A stretch of 64,000 nt of DNA from Candidatus Moraniibacteriota bacterium (GCA_036845785.1 DAIUDF010000002.1:4552-68551); one strand, 5' to 3'; positions 48,844 through 57,222 are shown, counted from the stretch's first letter. Notes: a model not told the origin generated them from the letters alone. Numbers and translations: made by a program.

Positions 48844-49233
48844 TTATTTTATTAAATCACTTAATTTTATTGAATATAAGGTTTTTTTGATCTGCATTCC
48901 CAATTTATTCCACACTATGCTGGACGGGCAACTATGTTCAGCGGCGCAGAATTTTCCCACGCAACGCATCGGCGAAATGTCACCTTCCAGAATTTCAATG
49001 ATTTCACCCACAGGAATTTTTTTCGGATCGCGGGCAAGGATATAGCCGCCCGTTTTCCCCTTGGCGCTGTCCAATATGCCCTGATCTTTCAGTGTGCCCA
49101 ATAGACGCTCCAGATATTTTTGAGAAACATCTTCTTCGGCTGCAATTTTTTTGGCAGTTTTTTGTTTTGGAAAAACTCTCGCCAAATTAATCGCTGCTTT
49201 AAGTCCATATTCAGCTTTGGTTGAAAATCGCAT
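48844..49233 (-). CDS. Rrf2-family transcriptional regulator (IscR-like)
   Basis: 'MRFSTKAEYGLKAAINLA' wHTH and three Cys in the C-terminal half. Head of the Fe-S operon. Confidence 0.6.
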   Translation of the reverse strand: MRFSTKAEYGLKAAINLARVFPKQKTAKKIAAEEDVSQKYLERLLGTLKDQGILDSAKGKTGGYILARDPKKIPVGEIIEILEGDISPMRCVGKFCAAEHSCPSSIVWNKLGMQIKKTLYSIKLSDLIK

Positions 49234-49527
49234 CCGGTAGTAGAAATTCGAAAGGGCTTTGCCCAAAAGAATTTTATAATAATTGATGATTAACTAGATA
49301 AATTTTATTGCATGATAGATAATAAAATATGCCCATACATTCGAATTTTCACTACCGGATTAATACCTACCAATTTAGTATGCTTTCATATTAATGCCTT
49401 TGCCAAAAAGTGTCAAGGTTTTCAAAGTGATTGACTTTTTTCTAAAACATTGTAGACTGTTTTGAGGTTCCTAAGAGGTTTATAAAAATAAATCAACGTT
49501 TTAATTCAACGAGAAAGGAGTTTCGTT

Positions 49528-49926
49528 ATGGCAGATAGTTTTTTGGAAAATTCAGCAGAGGAAAGATTGTTAAGAGCAGTAAATCGTAAAATGTCAGAGA
49601 AACTTTCATTAACACTCTCTATACAAACAAAGGAAGATGCACGTATATTGAGAGGCGTAGTTGGCCCAACGGATGCGACGCGGGGCGCAACGATTCACTT
49701 TATCGCTGATCCCAGGCTGTTTCGGGTGAAGTTTGTTTTCGCAAAAAATATAAAAAATGTTTGCGAAAAACGCGAAATTGTTTGGCATAATTGCCACAAG
49801 TTTCTCGTTTCTAAAAGAGAAATGATAGATGGCAGAATTGAATACTTGGCTCAAGATATTGTGGAAGAAGTTGCTATTCTTTTGCAAGAATTTGTTAAAG
49901 TTGACATTAGTAAAAGCCAAGGTTAA
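49528..49926 (+). CDS. hypothetical protein
   Basis: AGGAG SD; 132 aa; no recognisable domain. TTGACT-16-TAGACT promoter upstream (~49432-49460). Confidence 0.4.
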   Translation: MADSFLENSAEERLLRAVNRKMSEKLSLTLSIQTKEDARILRGVVGPTDATRGATIHFIADPRLFRVKFVFAKNIKNVCEKREIVWHNCHKFLVSKREMIDGRIEYLAQDIVEEVAILLQEFVKVDISKSQG

Positions 49927-50054
49927 GCAAAAAAATTACTTTAATTTATAAAAGGGGCTGTTGCATTGACGCAGCCTCTTTTTGCTTGTCTTTTCCATAT
50001 TAATTTATTATATATATGCATACTTGATACAAAATACCCGATACATTATACTAT

Positions 50055-51191
50055 TTGTATATGCGTATTTCCTACTCAGCACTGGATACATACCAGAATT
50101 GCTCGCTGAAATATAAATTTCAAAATATCGACAAAATCAAAGAGCCCAAATCCAAGGAGGCGGTTTTTGGCACGCTGATTCACAGCACGCTTAAATTTAT
50201 CCACACTCCTTCCCTGCTCCAGCCCAAATTGGAAGAAGCTTTGGACTATTTTTCCAAAAATTGGAACGCAGATGTTTTTGAAAATGAAATGGAAGAACGT
50301 GCGGCTTTTTCCCAAGGTGTGCAAATAATCCAAAATTATTACAAAAAAAACGATCCTGTGGCTGCTAGTATTGTTGATTTGGAAAGCCGTTTTGCAATTG
50401 AAATTGCCGATCCGCAAGAATCAGCCACCCATATTATTTCCGGGATAATTGACCGCATCGACAAAACCGAAGACGGCTATGAAATTATTGATTATAAAAC
50501 AACCAAAAAAATGCCGTCCCAGGAAAAAGTGGACAATGATTTGCAGCTTTCGGTCTATCTTAACGCTTTCCTCTCGCGCTATCCGAAAGAAGCGGCAAAT
50601 TTGGATAAAATTACGGTCAGCCTCTATTATCTCAAACATGGTGTCAAACTAAGTTCTACCCGCACCAAGAAACAACTGGAAAACGCCAAAAAGATATTTT
50701 TAGATGTGGTTGCAGCAATTGAAGCAGAAAAATTCGAACCGAACGTGACGCCGCTTTGCGACTGGTGCGGCTATCAGAAATTTTGTCCGATGTGGAAGCA
50801 TAAATTCAAGGAACAAAGAAAAATTGACACAGAAGAAGTCAGCGGCGCCATTGAAGAATATATCAATCTGAAATCAGCAGTTAATTCAACCAAAACTAGA
50901 ATCATGGAACTCCAGGAAAAAATTATGGACTATATGGAGCAAGAAGGCGTGGAGCGGGTTTTCAGTGATGGAGGAATTGTGGCGCAATCAGTCAGGAAAA
51001 CTTTTAAATACGACGAAAAAAAGCTCCGTAAAATTTTGGAGCCTCTGGATAAATGGGAAGCAGTTTTGAAAGTGGATGGCATTGCTCTCAAAAGTATTTT
51101 GGCTGTTCTTCCCTCGCCTGCTAAGAAAGAAATTGAAAACGCTAAAGTTTTAGACAAAGAAACCAAAAGTTTGACAGTCAAGAAAAAATAA
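50055..51191 (+). CDS. Cas4-like PD-(D/E)xK nuclease with a 4-Cys Fe-S cluster and a C-terminal coiled-coil extension
   Basis: 'YSALDTYQNCSLKY' (N-terminal Cys), 'GTLIH', 'DRID...YEIIDYKT' (D..E-x-K), 'QLSVYL', C-terminal 'CDWCGYQKFC'. Confidence 0.6.
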   Translation: MYMRISYSALDTYQNCSLKYKFQNIDKIKEPKSKEAVFGTLIHSTLKFIHTPSLLQPKLEEALDYFSKNWNADVFENEMEERAAFSQGVQIIQNYYKKNDPVAASIVDLESRFAIEIADPQESATHIISGIIDRIDKTEDGYEIIDYKTTKKMPSQEKVDNDLQLSVYLNAFLSRYPKEAANLDKITVSLYYLKHGVKLSSTRTKKQLENAKKIFLDVVAAIEAEKFEPNVTPLCDWCGYQKFCPMWKHKFKEQRKIDTEEVSGAIEEYINLKSAVNSTKTRIMELQEKIMDYMEQEGVERVFSDGGIVAQSVRKTFKYDEKKLRKILEPLDKWEAVLKVDGIALKSILAVLPSPAKKEIENAKVLDKETKSLTVKKK

Positions 51192-51242
51192 ATTAATATA
51201 CAAAATTCTTTAAAAACAAAATATTTTAAGAGGAGGTTTACT

Positions 51243-51446
51243 ATGCGAATCATTATAGATATAGATGGAAAAGGAGCGACAGTTAGCGAAGAAGTTGAGT
51301 TTACAAGCAGGACCACAATATATGAAGGAAAAGAAAATATTGAAGCCTATGAGAAAGATCGTGATGGAAAAATAGTACTAAAATCACGTAAAGCAGTTAT
51401 TGAAAAAGTGGAACATCTTTTAAAAAATACACTTCTTGCAAAATGA
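51243..51446 (+). CDS. small hypothetical protein (67 aa)
   Basis: Strong SD AAGAGGAGG 7 nt upstream. Confidence 0.4.
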   Translation: MRIIIDIDGKGATVSEEVEFTSRTTIYEGKENIEAYEKDRDGKIVLKSRKAVIEKVEHLLKNTLLAK

Positions 51447-51453
51447 TTAGGAT

Positions 51454-51490
51454 ACTTTGAAAATTAAAAAAGTCGGACATTATTTAATGT
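51454..51490. terminator. bidirectional terminator
   Basis: AAAAGUCGGACA-loop-UGUUCGGCUUUU stem (with G-U pairs) between convergent genes. Confidence 0.4.
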
Positions 51491-51497
51491 TCGGCTT

Positions 51498-52205
51498 TTA
51501 AAATTTCACAAATTTTTTCCAGCGGTCGTACAATTCTTTTGTGGCGATCAAATCCCCGGCGTTATATTTGGCAATTTCCATAAATTTCTTTTCTTTGAAA
51601 AGCCCGCCGACGTCATCGCCTGTGACACCGCCAGCTTTGGGACTTTCAATGCCAAAAGCGCGTGACCAAAGATGCAAATTGCCTTTTCTTCGGACTGATC
51701 CATAGAAAGTAAACTGGTCCAAAAGATCAATATGTCTGGCATTTTTCGGCTGGCTGGAAAGGTAGCGGTTGGCCATTAGGTTTTTGGAGGGCTTGATTTT
51801 GTGGATGGCGCTTCTCACCATAAGGAATGGCACGTCAAAGGCGCGCCCATTAAAACTGACAAATTCGTCATATTTTTGCGCCAGATTCCAGAACTGTTGT
51901 AACATTTCTTTTTCTCTTAAAACCCTGAATTTCATATTGTCTTCTTCAGAATCTCCAATTTTTTCGTCTTGCGATTCAAAATAGACCGCGCCTTTGTCTT
52001 TTTCCGTGTCATAAACTCCGATGGCCACAATTTGTCCGGTTAGCGGAGAAAAACCCAAACCGTTTTTTAGGTCAGCCAAAGATTTTTCATATTCCTCCTT
52101 GGTATCCGCTTCTTTTTTGATCCAACGCGTCAGCACTGCCTTGGTCGTTTTGTCTAAGGCGTCAAAATCTTCGCCGATTGTTTCAATGTCAAAAACTAAT
52201 GCCAT
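51498..52205 (-). CDS. 3'-5' exonuclease of the RNase H-like fold (PolB-exonuclease-like, COG3298-type)
   Basis: Exo I 'FDIETIG', Exo II 'SFNGRAFDVPFL', Exo III 'YNAGDLIATKELY'. Confidence 0.55.
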   Translation of the reverse strand: MALVFDIETIGEDFDALDKTTKAVLTRWIKKEADTKEEYEKSLADLKNGLGFSPLTGQIVAIGVYDTEKDKGAVYFESQDEKIGDSEEDNMKFRVLREKEMLQQFWNLAQKYDEFVSFNGRAFDVPFLMVRSAIHKIKPSKNLMANRYLSSQPKNARHIDLLDQFTFYGSVRRKGNLHLWSRAFGIESPKAGGVTGDDVGGLFKEKKFMEIAKYNAGDLIATKELYDRWKKFVKF

Positions 52206-52220
52206 AGTTTAAAATCATTT

Positions 52221-54044
52221 TTACTGGTTATCTTTAGAGGTTGTCTTGAAAAGCTTTAAGCCCTTTGACTCTAAATACTCTAAAAAATTCTTTGCTGCAT
52301 TTTCTGAATCATCGTATGATTTTGCCATATAAATTTCTGAAAAATCAGATGGGATACTTTCCGTTTTCTGAAAAACTGCAGGTTGTCCAAGATATAATCC
52401 AAGTTGTGCGGGCGCATAAGGCTTTATGTGTTCAATAATTTTTTGCAATGTTGCGCCAGTACGTACATCGTCTTCTACTACCAAAACTTTTTTATTTTTC
52501 AATACAGATAAATCATCAAATGAAGTAAGGGTACGAGTTTCATTTTCTTTGCTTTCAGGGATATTAATTGCTAATGTTGGTAATCCTAAATCAATAAAAT
52601 ACGGCTCATATGCGAAGCCTTCTGGACCAACTATAAGAGCTACATCAAATTCTTTTTTTACTGCCTCACGAGCGGCTTCAAAAGCAGTCAATGGATAACT
52701 TGGAATGTGGATATTTTCTACGCCTCTTTTTTCGGATTCTTCTTGGGCCTGTTTTTCATAACGCGCTTCAATCAACTCCCTTTCGAAATTATTGGGTAGT
52801 GGCCGTGTATTAGAAAGCATTTTTTTAAAATTATCCATTACTCTTGGAAAATCATATAAATTACTTTCAGGAAGGTTTGAGTCATCCTGGGGGTTTACCT
52901 TTGAATAATTGCTGTGTTCTTTAAATATTGAGTTTGTTCTTAATAGAATATGCTCACGAATCCGTGAAACACCCGGTAAATACGGATTAAGCGAATCAAA
53001 CATCTTAAGTTGCTCCGATATGAATTTTTCTAATGCTTTAGAAAGATCTGGGTATCGCTCTTTTATTCTTTGAGCCTCATTCATAAATAACTGTTCAACT
53101 TTTCGACGACGTCCATACAATGTATCTAATTTTTCATGAGCTTCAATATAAACATCCCCTGCTTTTTGCATTGGTGCATTATTGGGACAAAAAATTTTAA
53201 GTTCTTTTGGTAAATTCTCTGTGTGCGTATATACACCGCCCGATTCAATAGTATTGTGTGTAAAATATATGCCGACACTAGCCGGTTTAAATTTCGAAAG
53301 CATTTTAATAGTTTTTCGTACAGAAGCACCTGTTAAAGCATCTTTGTCAAAAAGCAACACTCGCTTGCCTTCAAAATCTTTTTTTGAAACATTGTCTACC
53401 CATTTTCCTCTTGATATTTTTCTGTTATGTGCAGAAATATCTACGGTCTTAGTTGGCATGTCCCATAAATTTGCAATAGCGCCTTGATATAATCCACCTC
53501 GTGCAATAGGAACAGCAATATCATATTGTTTTGCCAGATTATGAATAGCTATAATATCAACTCCTTCATTAATCATGCCTGTTGCTATTGGTGTTCCATT
53601 TTTATTTAAAAATTTTTTTACATAATCAAATAAAGGATATATTAAAGGTTCCATCGGCTTTGCATAGCCATTATTTTTAAATAGTGTCTCGTTATTATTT
53701 AGTAAATTACGAATACTCTCATGATCTTCAAGATTAAGAAGTGCTACCGGTAAATTATAAGCACTTGTTACTGGTTGCTCAAGAAGAAGCTGATCTGCTA
53801 TTTTTCGCATCATATTAAAATCTTGTAATACTTCAGAAATATCCAATGCTCTAGTTTTATTTTTTTCAATTTCTAAAAAATAATAACCAAGTTCTGCAAG
53901 ACGCTCTCGTTCTTGAAATGATAAATTGTCTGCCTTACCAGAAGCATGAGATAATAACTTATGATATTCATCATTATTATGTCTCTTTTGGTATTCACTA
54001 ATTTCAGGTTTTTGATCTGAGTTATTGCCTGGTTTTTCAAACAT
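52221..54044 (-). CDS. protein with two type I phosphoribosyltransferase (PRTase) domains
   Basis: Two PRPP-binding loops: 'VLLFDKDALTGASV' (degenerate) and 'VLVVEDDVRTGATL' (canonical); 607 aa with long linkers. Confidence 0.5.
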   Translation of the reverse strand: MFEKPGNNSDQKPEISEYQKRHNNDEYHKLLSHASGKADNLSFQERERLAELGYYFLEIEKNKTRALDISEVLQDFNMMRKIADQLLLEQPVTSAYNLPVALLNLEDHESIRNLLNNNETLFKNNGYAKPMEPLIYPLFDYVKKFLNKNGTPIATGMINEGVDIIAIHNLAKQYDIAVPIARGGLYQGAIANLWDMPTKTVDISAHNRKISRGKWVDNVSKKDFEGKRVLLFDKDALTGASVRKTIKMLSKFKPASVGIYFTHNTIESGGVYTHTENLPKELKIFCPNNAPMQKAGDVYIEAHEKLDTLYGRRRKVEQLFMNEAQRIKERYPDLSKALEKFISEQLKMFDSLNPYLPGVSRIREHILLRTNSIFKEHSNYSKVNPQDDSNLPESNLYDFPRVMDNFKKMLSNTRPLPNNFERELIEARYEKQAQEESEKRGVENIHIPSYPLTAFEAAREAVKKEFDVALIVGPEGFAYEPYFIDLGLPTLAINIPESKENETRTLTSFDDLSVLKNKKVLVVEDDVRTGATLQKIIEHIKPYAPAQLGLYLGQPAVFQKTESIPSDFSEIYMAKSYDDSENAAKNFLEYLESKGLKLFKTTSKDNQ

Positions 54045-54095
54045 AAATTTTTTATAGTTTGTTTATATACCATTATTATAATTGATTCAACAATA

Positions 54096-54599
54096 TTGTC
54101 TATTTGGGTTGCCTATTTTCCAATAAAAAGTTATCCTATACCTATGACAATAACTTGGCAGAAGATCAAAAAAACTTTAAAGCATTTTTTTACTCTTGAA
54201 GATACGCCGCATAATATTGCGGCTGGTTTTGCTCTGGGGATTTTTTTGGGCATTATTCCGGGCGGAGGTCCTTTGACGACCTTAGTGATTGCGACTTTTT
54301 TTAATTGGAACCGGGCTTCGGCAACTATCGGCGTTCTGGCCAGCAATTTGTGGACCACTTTGCTTATTTTGCCAATGGCCGCGACTATTGGTGGTTTTCT
54401 TTTTAACGCAACCCCTACCTATCTAATGCGAGAATTTAACAGTACTTTTGATTTGGGCATCAAGTATTTTTTCAGTGAGATTGTTTTCTTCGACTTAGCC
54501 CTGCCTCTCTATGTCGGTTTTATTATTATCGGCGGAATCATTGCTTTTCTTTCTTATCTTTTTTTCTATCTTTTGTTGAAATATAAAAAACTTTCTTAA
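54096..54599 (+). CDS. DUF2062-family membrane protein
   Basis: 'HNIAAGFALGIFLGIIPGGG' motif. The start may be the ATG at 54144. Confidence 0.5.
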   Translation: MSIWVAYFPIKSYPIPMTITWQKIKKTLKHFFTLEDTPHNIAAGFALGIFLGIIPGGGPLTTLVIATFFNWNRASATIGVLASNLWTTLLILPMAATIGGFLFNATPTYLMREFNSTFDLGIKYFFSEIVFFDLALPLYVGFIIIGGIIAFLSYLFFYLLLKYKKLS

Positions 54600-54616
54600 C
54601 TTTTCTTTTTATGTAA

Positions 54617-54642
54617 AAACAACCAAAAATGGTTGTTTTTAT
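54617..54642. terminator. bidirectional terminator
   Basis: AAAAACAACCA-aaaa-TGGTTGTTTTT perfect hairpin between convergent genes. Confidence 0.6.
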
Positions 54643-54671
54643 ACATAATACATTATACTAAATACTTGCTA

Positions 54672-55367
54672 CTACTTAATGGTTGTTCCAATAAACTTTT
54701 TTCCATCCAGATATTTTTGAAAATTCGCCAGTTTTTTGCCATTCAAAATTGCCACTTCAATTTCTTCTTTGGCAGCTACTTTGGAAGCGACCGGATCAAA
54801 TGGCACATTGGAACCCGGATCCCATTTGTCGCCGACAATTTTCTGGAATTCCGGCCAGGAAATTTCTTTGATTTTTTTGGCATCTTTGAATTTTCTGGGA
54901 TCTTTGCTGTAGACATAATCGATATTGGAAAGATTGGCTACTTTTTTCACTTCAAAATGTTTAGCTAAAAGAATTGAAATATAGTCAGTTGAATTTCCGG
55001 GACGATAGCCGGCCGCCACTAGTATGGATTCTTTGGTTTTTAGAAAACTTTCCAAATCGTACGGGTTTGTATTGATTATAGGATGCGCGTAATCTCTAAA
55101 AACGGTCCTGATAAGATGAGCATTTAACCTGGAGGAATGTATGCCGATCCAATCCACATCATCGCTTTCAAGTTTGGTAACTTTCTTAGCAGCTGCCTGA
55201 TATTTTCTGCATGTTTTTCCGCCGCCGGTCACAATAATAAAACGACAGCCTTTTTTGATTTCCGTTTCAATTATTTTTTTAAATTGTTTAAGAAATTTCC
55301 AGTCAATTTCTTCCGGCACAATCAGAGAACCGCCCAGTGAAATCACGATCATTTTTTTATTCATCAT
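54672..55367 (-). CDS. pyrH: UMP kinase, archaeal-type
   Basis: 'ISLGGSL', 'IVTGGG', 'SRLNAHL', 'GNSTD', 'KDP' motifs and a length (231 aa) typical of archaeal UMP kinases, not the bacterial ~240-aa 'KLSGE' type. Confidence 0.6.
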   Translation of the reverse strand: MMNKKMIVISLGGSLIVPEEIDWKFLKQFKKIIETEIKKGCRFIIVTGGGKTCRKYQAAAKKVTKLESDDVDWIGIHSSRLNAHLIRTVFRDYAHPIINTNPYDLESFLKTKESILVAAGYRPGNSTDYISILLAKHFEVKKVANLSNIDYVYSKDPRKFKDAKKIKEISWPEFQKIVGDKWDPGSNVPFDPVASKVAAKEEIEVAILNGKKLANFQKYLDGKKFIGTTIK

Positions 55368-55464
55368 GTTATATTTTTTACCAGTTTTATCTATTATACT
55401 ATTTTCGAAAAGCTATGGCAACAGAATTTGTTGATTTTTTTGTTTGTTCTGTTAGTATTGGGAC

Positions 55465-55625
55465 ATATAAACAACTAGTTTTGCAGAGGAGATGAACACT
55501 TCTCACCGGGGAGTTTCCTAAATCGTCCTTTCGCCTCGGAACAAGTTAGGAAATTTGTCTCTGCAAGCTTTTTGTTACCCTAAGGGAGCCGTCGAAATCC
55601 GATGCGCTCCCGCTTTTATTTTTAT
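55465..55625 (+). ncRNA. candidate structured small RNA in the pyrH-upstream intergenic region
   Basis: Closing stem TTGCAGAG/CTCTGCAA, inner 10-bp stem AGUUUCCUAA/UUAGGAAAUU, then GGGAGC-loop-GCTCCC + TTTTATTTTT terminator. Weak TTGATT-16-TAGTAT promoter at 55431-55458. Confidence 0.25.
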
Positions 55626-55646
55626 TAATAGAATTTATACAAAATA

Positions 55647-56057
55647 CTAGTTCGTGCATTTGCTTTCTGTTCTTCCCTGCCCAATCGCTTCTTCGGCAGT
55701 TTTGAAACAGACTACATTTTCTGGCTTGATGCGTTTGGCATAGGAGCAGGTCGGCGGATAGAATTTATTGGAATTTTTGCTGCCAACAAAAGCACAACTT
55801 GCCATATTAGTCGAAACTGAAATATTGCTGCCCAAGACCTGTTTTTGCGTCTGAAGCGTTTCCTGAGCCTCAATTTCGGCCGTTTTGGCTTCTAGTGGTA
55901 TGTTTGCAGGCTTCTCGATAATAAGCGGTTCCTGCCGCCATTTTTGGCCTTGGAGAACCCCAAACCCGAAAGAAATGGCTGAAATAAGGCAAAAAGCGAC
56001 AATTAGCACCATTTTCTGCTCATTTTTGAGGAAAAAATCTTTGATTTTAGTTAGCAT
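55647..56057 (-). CDS. membrane-anchored hypothetical protein with a Cys-rich C-terminal domain
   Basis: TM anchor; C-terminal 'CAFVGSKNSNKFY..C..C....C'. Confidence 0.4.
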   Translation of the reverse strand: MLTKIKDFFLKNEQKMVLIVAFCLISAISFGFGVLQGQKWRQEPLIIEKPANIPLEAKTAEIEAQETLQTQKQVLGSNISVSTNMASCAFVGSKNSNKFYPPTCSYAKRIKPENVVCFKTAEEAIGQGRTESKCTN

Positions 56058-56063
56058 ATTGCG

Positions 56064-56138
56064 GTTGATCCCGCACTAACTTTAAACTTACTTACTAATT
56101 AGCGCTTCGCGCTTGTTTAAAGTTAGTGCGGGATTGAC
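56064..56138. repeat. palindromic repeat element, copy 1 (21-24 bp arms, 27-nt loop)
   Basis: GTTGATCCCGCACTAACTTTAAAC ... GTTTAAAGTTAGTGCGGGATTGAC. Related copy at 60841-60918. Confidence 0.7.
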
Positions 56139-56161
56139 ATATTCTATAAATTTTATATAAT
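56134..56161 (+). promoter_or_regulatory. rpmA promoter; the -35 TTGACA lies in the right arm of the palindromic element
   Basis: TTGACA 56134-56139, 16-bp spacer, TATAAT 56156-56161. Confidence 0.5.
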
Positions 56162-56315
56162 AAATTCTGTATAAGCTGACAAAAATATTTATATCCCGAT
56201 CAGATTTGCGCTGATCACGCCATTGGACATTTGTATTTATAAGCTTATATATCAAGGACTATTTTTTAAATTATAATACAAATAAGGAAAAATTTGAATT
56301 GAGTTATTAAGTATT

Positions 56316-56354
56316 TTTCACTTTTAACTTTTCACTTTTAACTTTTCATTTTTT
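56316..56354 (+). repeat. tandem 14-nt repeat (CACTTTTAACTTTT x2 + partial) forming the rpmA leader
   Basis: Direct repeats end at the rpmA ATG. No Shine-Dalgarno. Confidence 0.6.
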
Positions 56355-56813
56355 ATGGCACATCGTAAAGCAGGTGGATCTACTCAACTGGGTCGCGATT
56401 CCCGCGCCCAAAGGTTAGGAGTTAAAATTTTTGGAAATCAGAAAGTCAAAACCGGCAATATTATTGTCCGCCAACGCGGCACTAAATTCCATGCCGGTGC
56501 CAATGTCAAACGCTGCAATGATGACACTTTAATGGCAATGGTTGACGGCACAGTTAAATTTTTGACCAAAAAAGTCAGAAACTACACTGGCCAATTGGTT
56601 GTTCGCCAATTCGTAAGCGTGATTAAATCTGAAAAACCGGTAGAAATCAAATTCAAGAAAACCGGAGCCAAAAAAGCCGGTAAGAAGCTCAGAGTTAATC
56701 TTAAGACCAGAAAAGCCGGCAAGAAAAAAGGACCAAGAAAAGTCGGTGGCAAAGTTATCATTAACCGCAAGACCAGAAAACATCTCATGGCTGGCAAAGG
56801 AGTAATTAGGTAA
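56355..56813 (+). CDS. rpmA: 50S ribosomal protein L27 with a ~60-aa lysine-rich C-terminal extension
   Basis: '[24 protein letters not shown]...[10 protein letters not shown]' is canonical L27; 152 aa versus the usual ~85-95. Confidence 0.85.
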   Translation: MAHRKAGGSTQLGRDSRAQRLGVKIFGNQKVKTGNIIVRQRGTKFHAGANVKRCNDDTLMAMVDGTVKFLTKKVRNYTGQLVVRQFVSVIKSEKPVEIKFKKTGAKKAGKKLRVNLKTRKAGKKKGPRKVGGKVIINRKTRKHLMAGKGVIR

Positions 56814-56856
56814 AATAGCTTTTAGCTTAATTAGCTTTATTAGCTTCTTAAATGAC

Positions 56857-56892
56857 ATAAAAAAGAAACCTCGCGAAAGGTTTCTTTTTTAT
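56857..56892. terminator. hairpin terminator GAAACCT-cgcgaa-AGGTTTC
   Basis: 7-bp stem flanked by AAAAA and TTTTTT. Near-identical to the hairpin at 57292-57327. Confidence 0.6.
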
Positions 56893-56914
56893 ATTTAATT
56901 ACCATACATTACAT

Positions 56915-56943
56915 TTGACAAAAAATAACTTTAATGCTATTAT
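56915..56943 (+). promoter_or_regulatory. near-consensus sigma70 promoter (TTGACA-17-TATTAT)
   Basis: TTGACA 56915-56920, 17-bp spacer, TATTAT 56938-56943. Confidence 0.55.
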
Positions 56944-56989
56944 ATTACGTTATTTTAGAAATTTGACAATCAAAAAAGAAAGGAGAAAA

Positions 56990-57151
56990 ATGATGAAAAA
57001 TTTGAACTTAGCAGATGTGGCAGGAATTGCTCTTTCATGGATTGGTGCCGGAATTATTGCATATATCGCAAAAGACGGAGTTGTTGCTGTTGTATGTGTT
57101 GCGGCTGCCTACTATCTTTCTAAATGGATTATACTGAAGGAAGAAAGTTGA
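56990..57151 (+). CDS. 53-aa hydrophobic Gly/Ala-rich peptide (bacteriocin-like or type-I-toxin-like)
   Basis: AAGGAG SD 5 nt upstream; 'MMKNLNLADVAG|IALSWIGAGIIAYIAKDGVVAVVCVAAAYYLSKWIILKEES'. Confidence 0.45.
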   Translation: MMKNLNLADVAGIALSWIGAGIIAYIAKDGVVAVVCVAAAYYLSKWIILKEES

Positions 57152-57182
57152 CAAATCTCAGTGCTGAAACATCATCTAGACA

Positions 57183-57222
57183 GGCTTCGTGAATATCACG
57201 GGGCCTTTTCTTTTTAGTAAAA
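57183..57222 (+). terminator. rho-independent terminator of the peptide gene
   Basis: GGCUUCGUGA-auau-UCACGGGGCC 10-bp stem (two G-U pairs) + UUUUCUUUUU. Confidence 0.55.

Noticed and set aside
55465-55625. Assignment of this structured region as SRP (4.5S) RNA
   Set aside because: The conserved domain IV motif (GGAA tetraloop closed by C-G pairs with flanking AGCAGCC-type asymmetric loop) is not present. Kept only as a generic candidate sRNA.
56915-56989. N-terminal extension of the small peptide ORF (track start 56915, MTKNNFNAIILRYFRNLTIKKERRK)
   Set aside because: The TTGACA -35 box coincides with the track start, and the SD AAGGAG is positioned for the ATG at 56990. The extension would be transcribed only if another promoter existed upstream.
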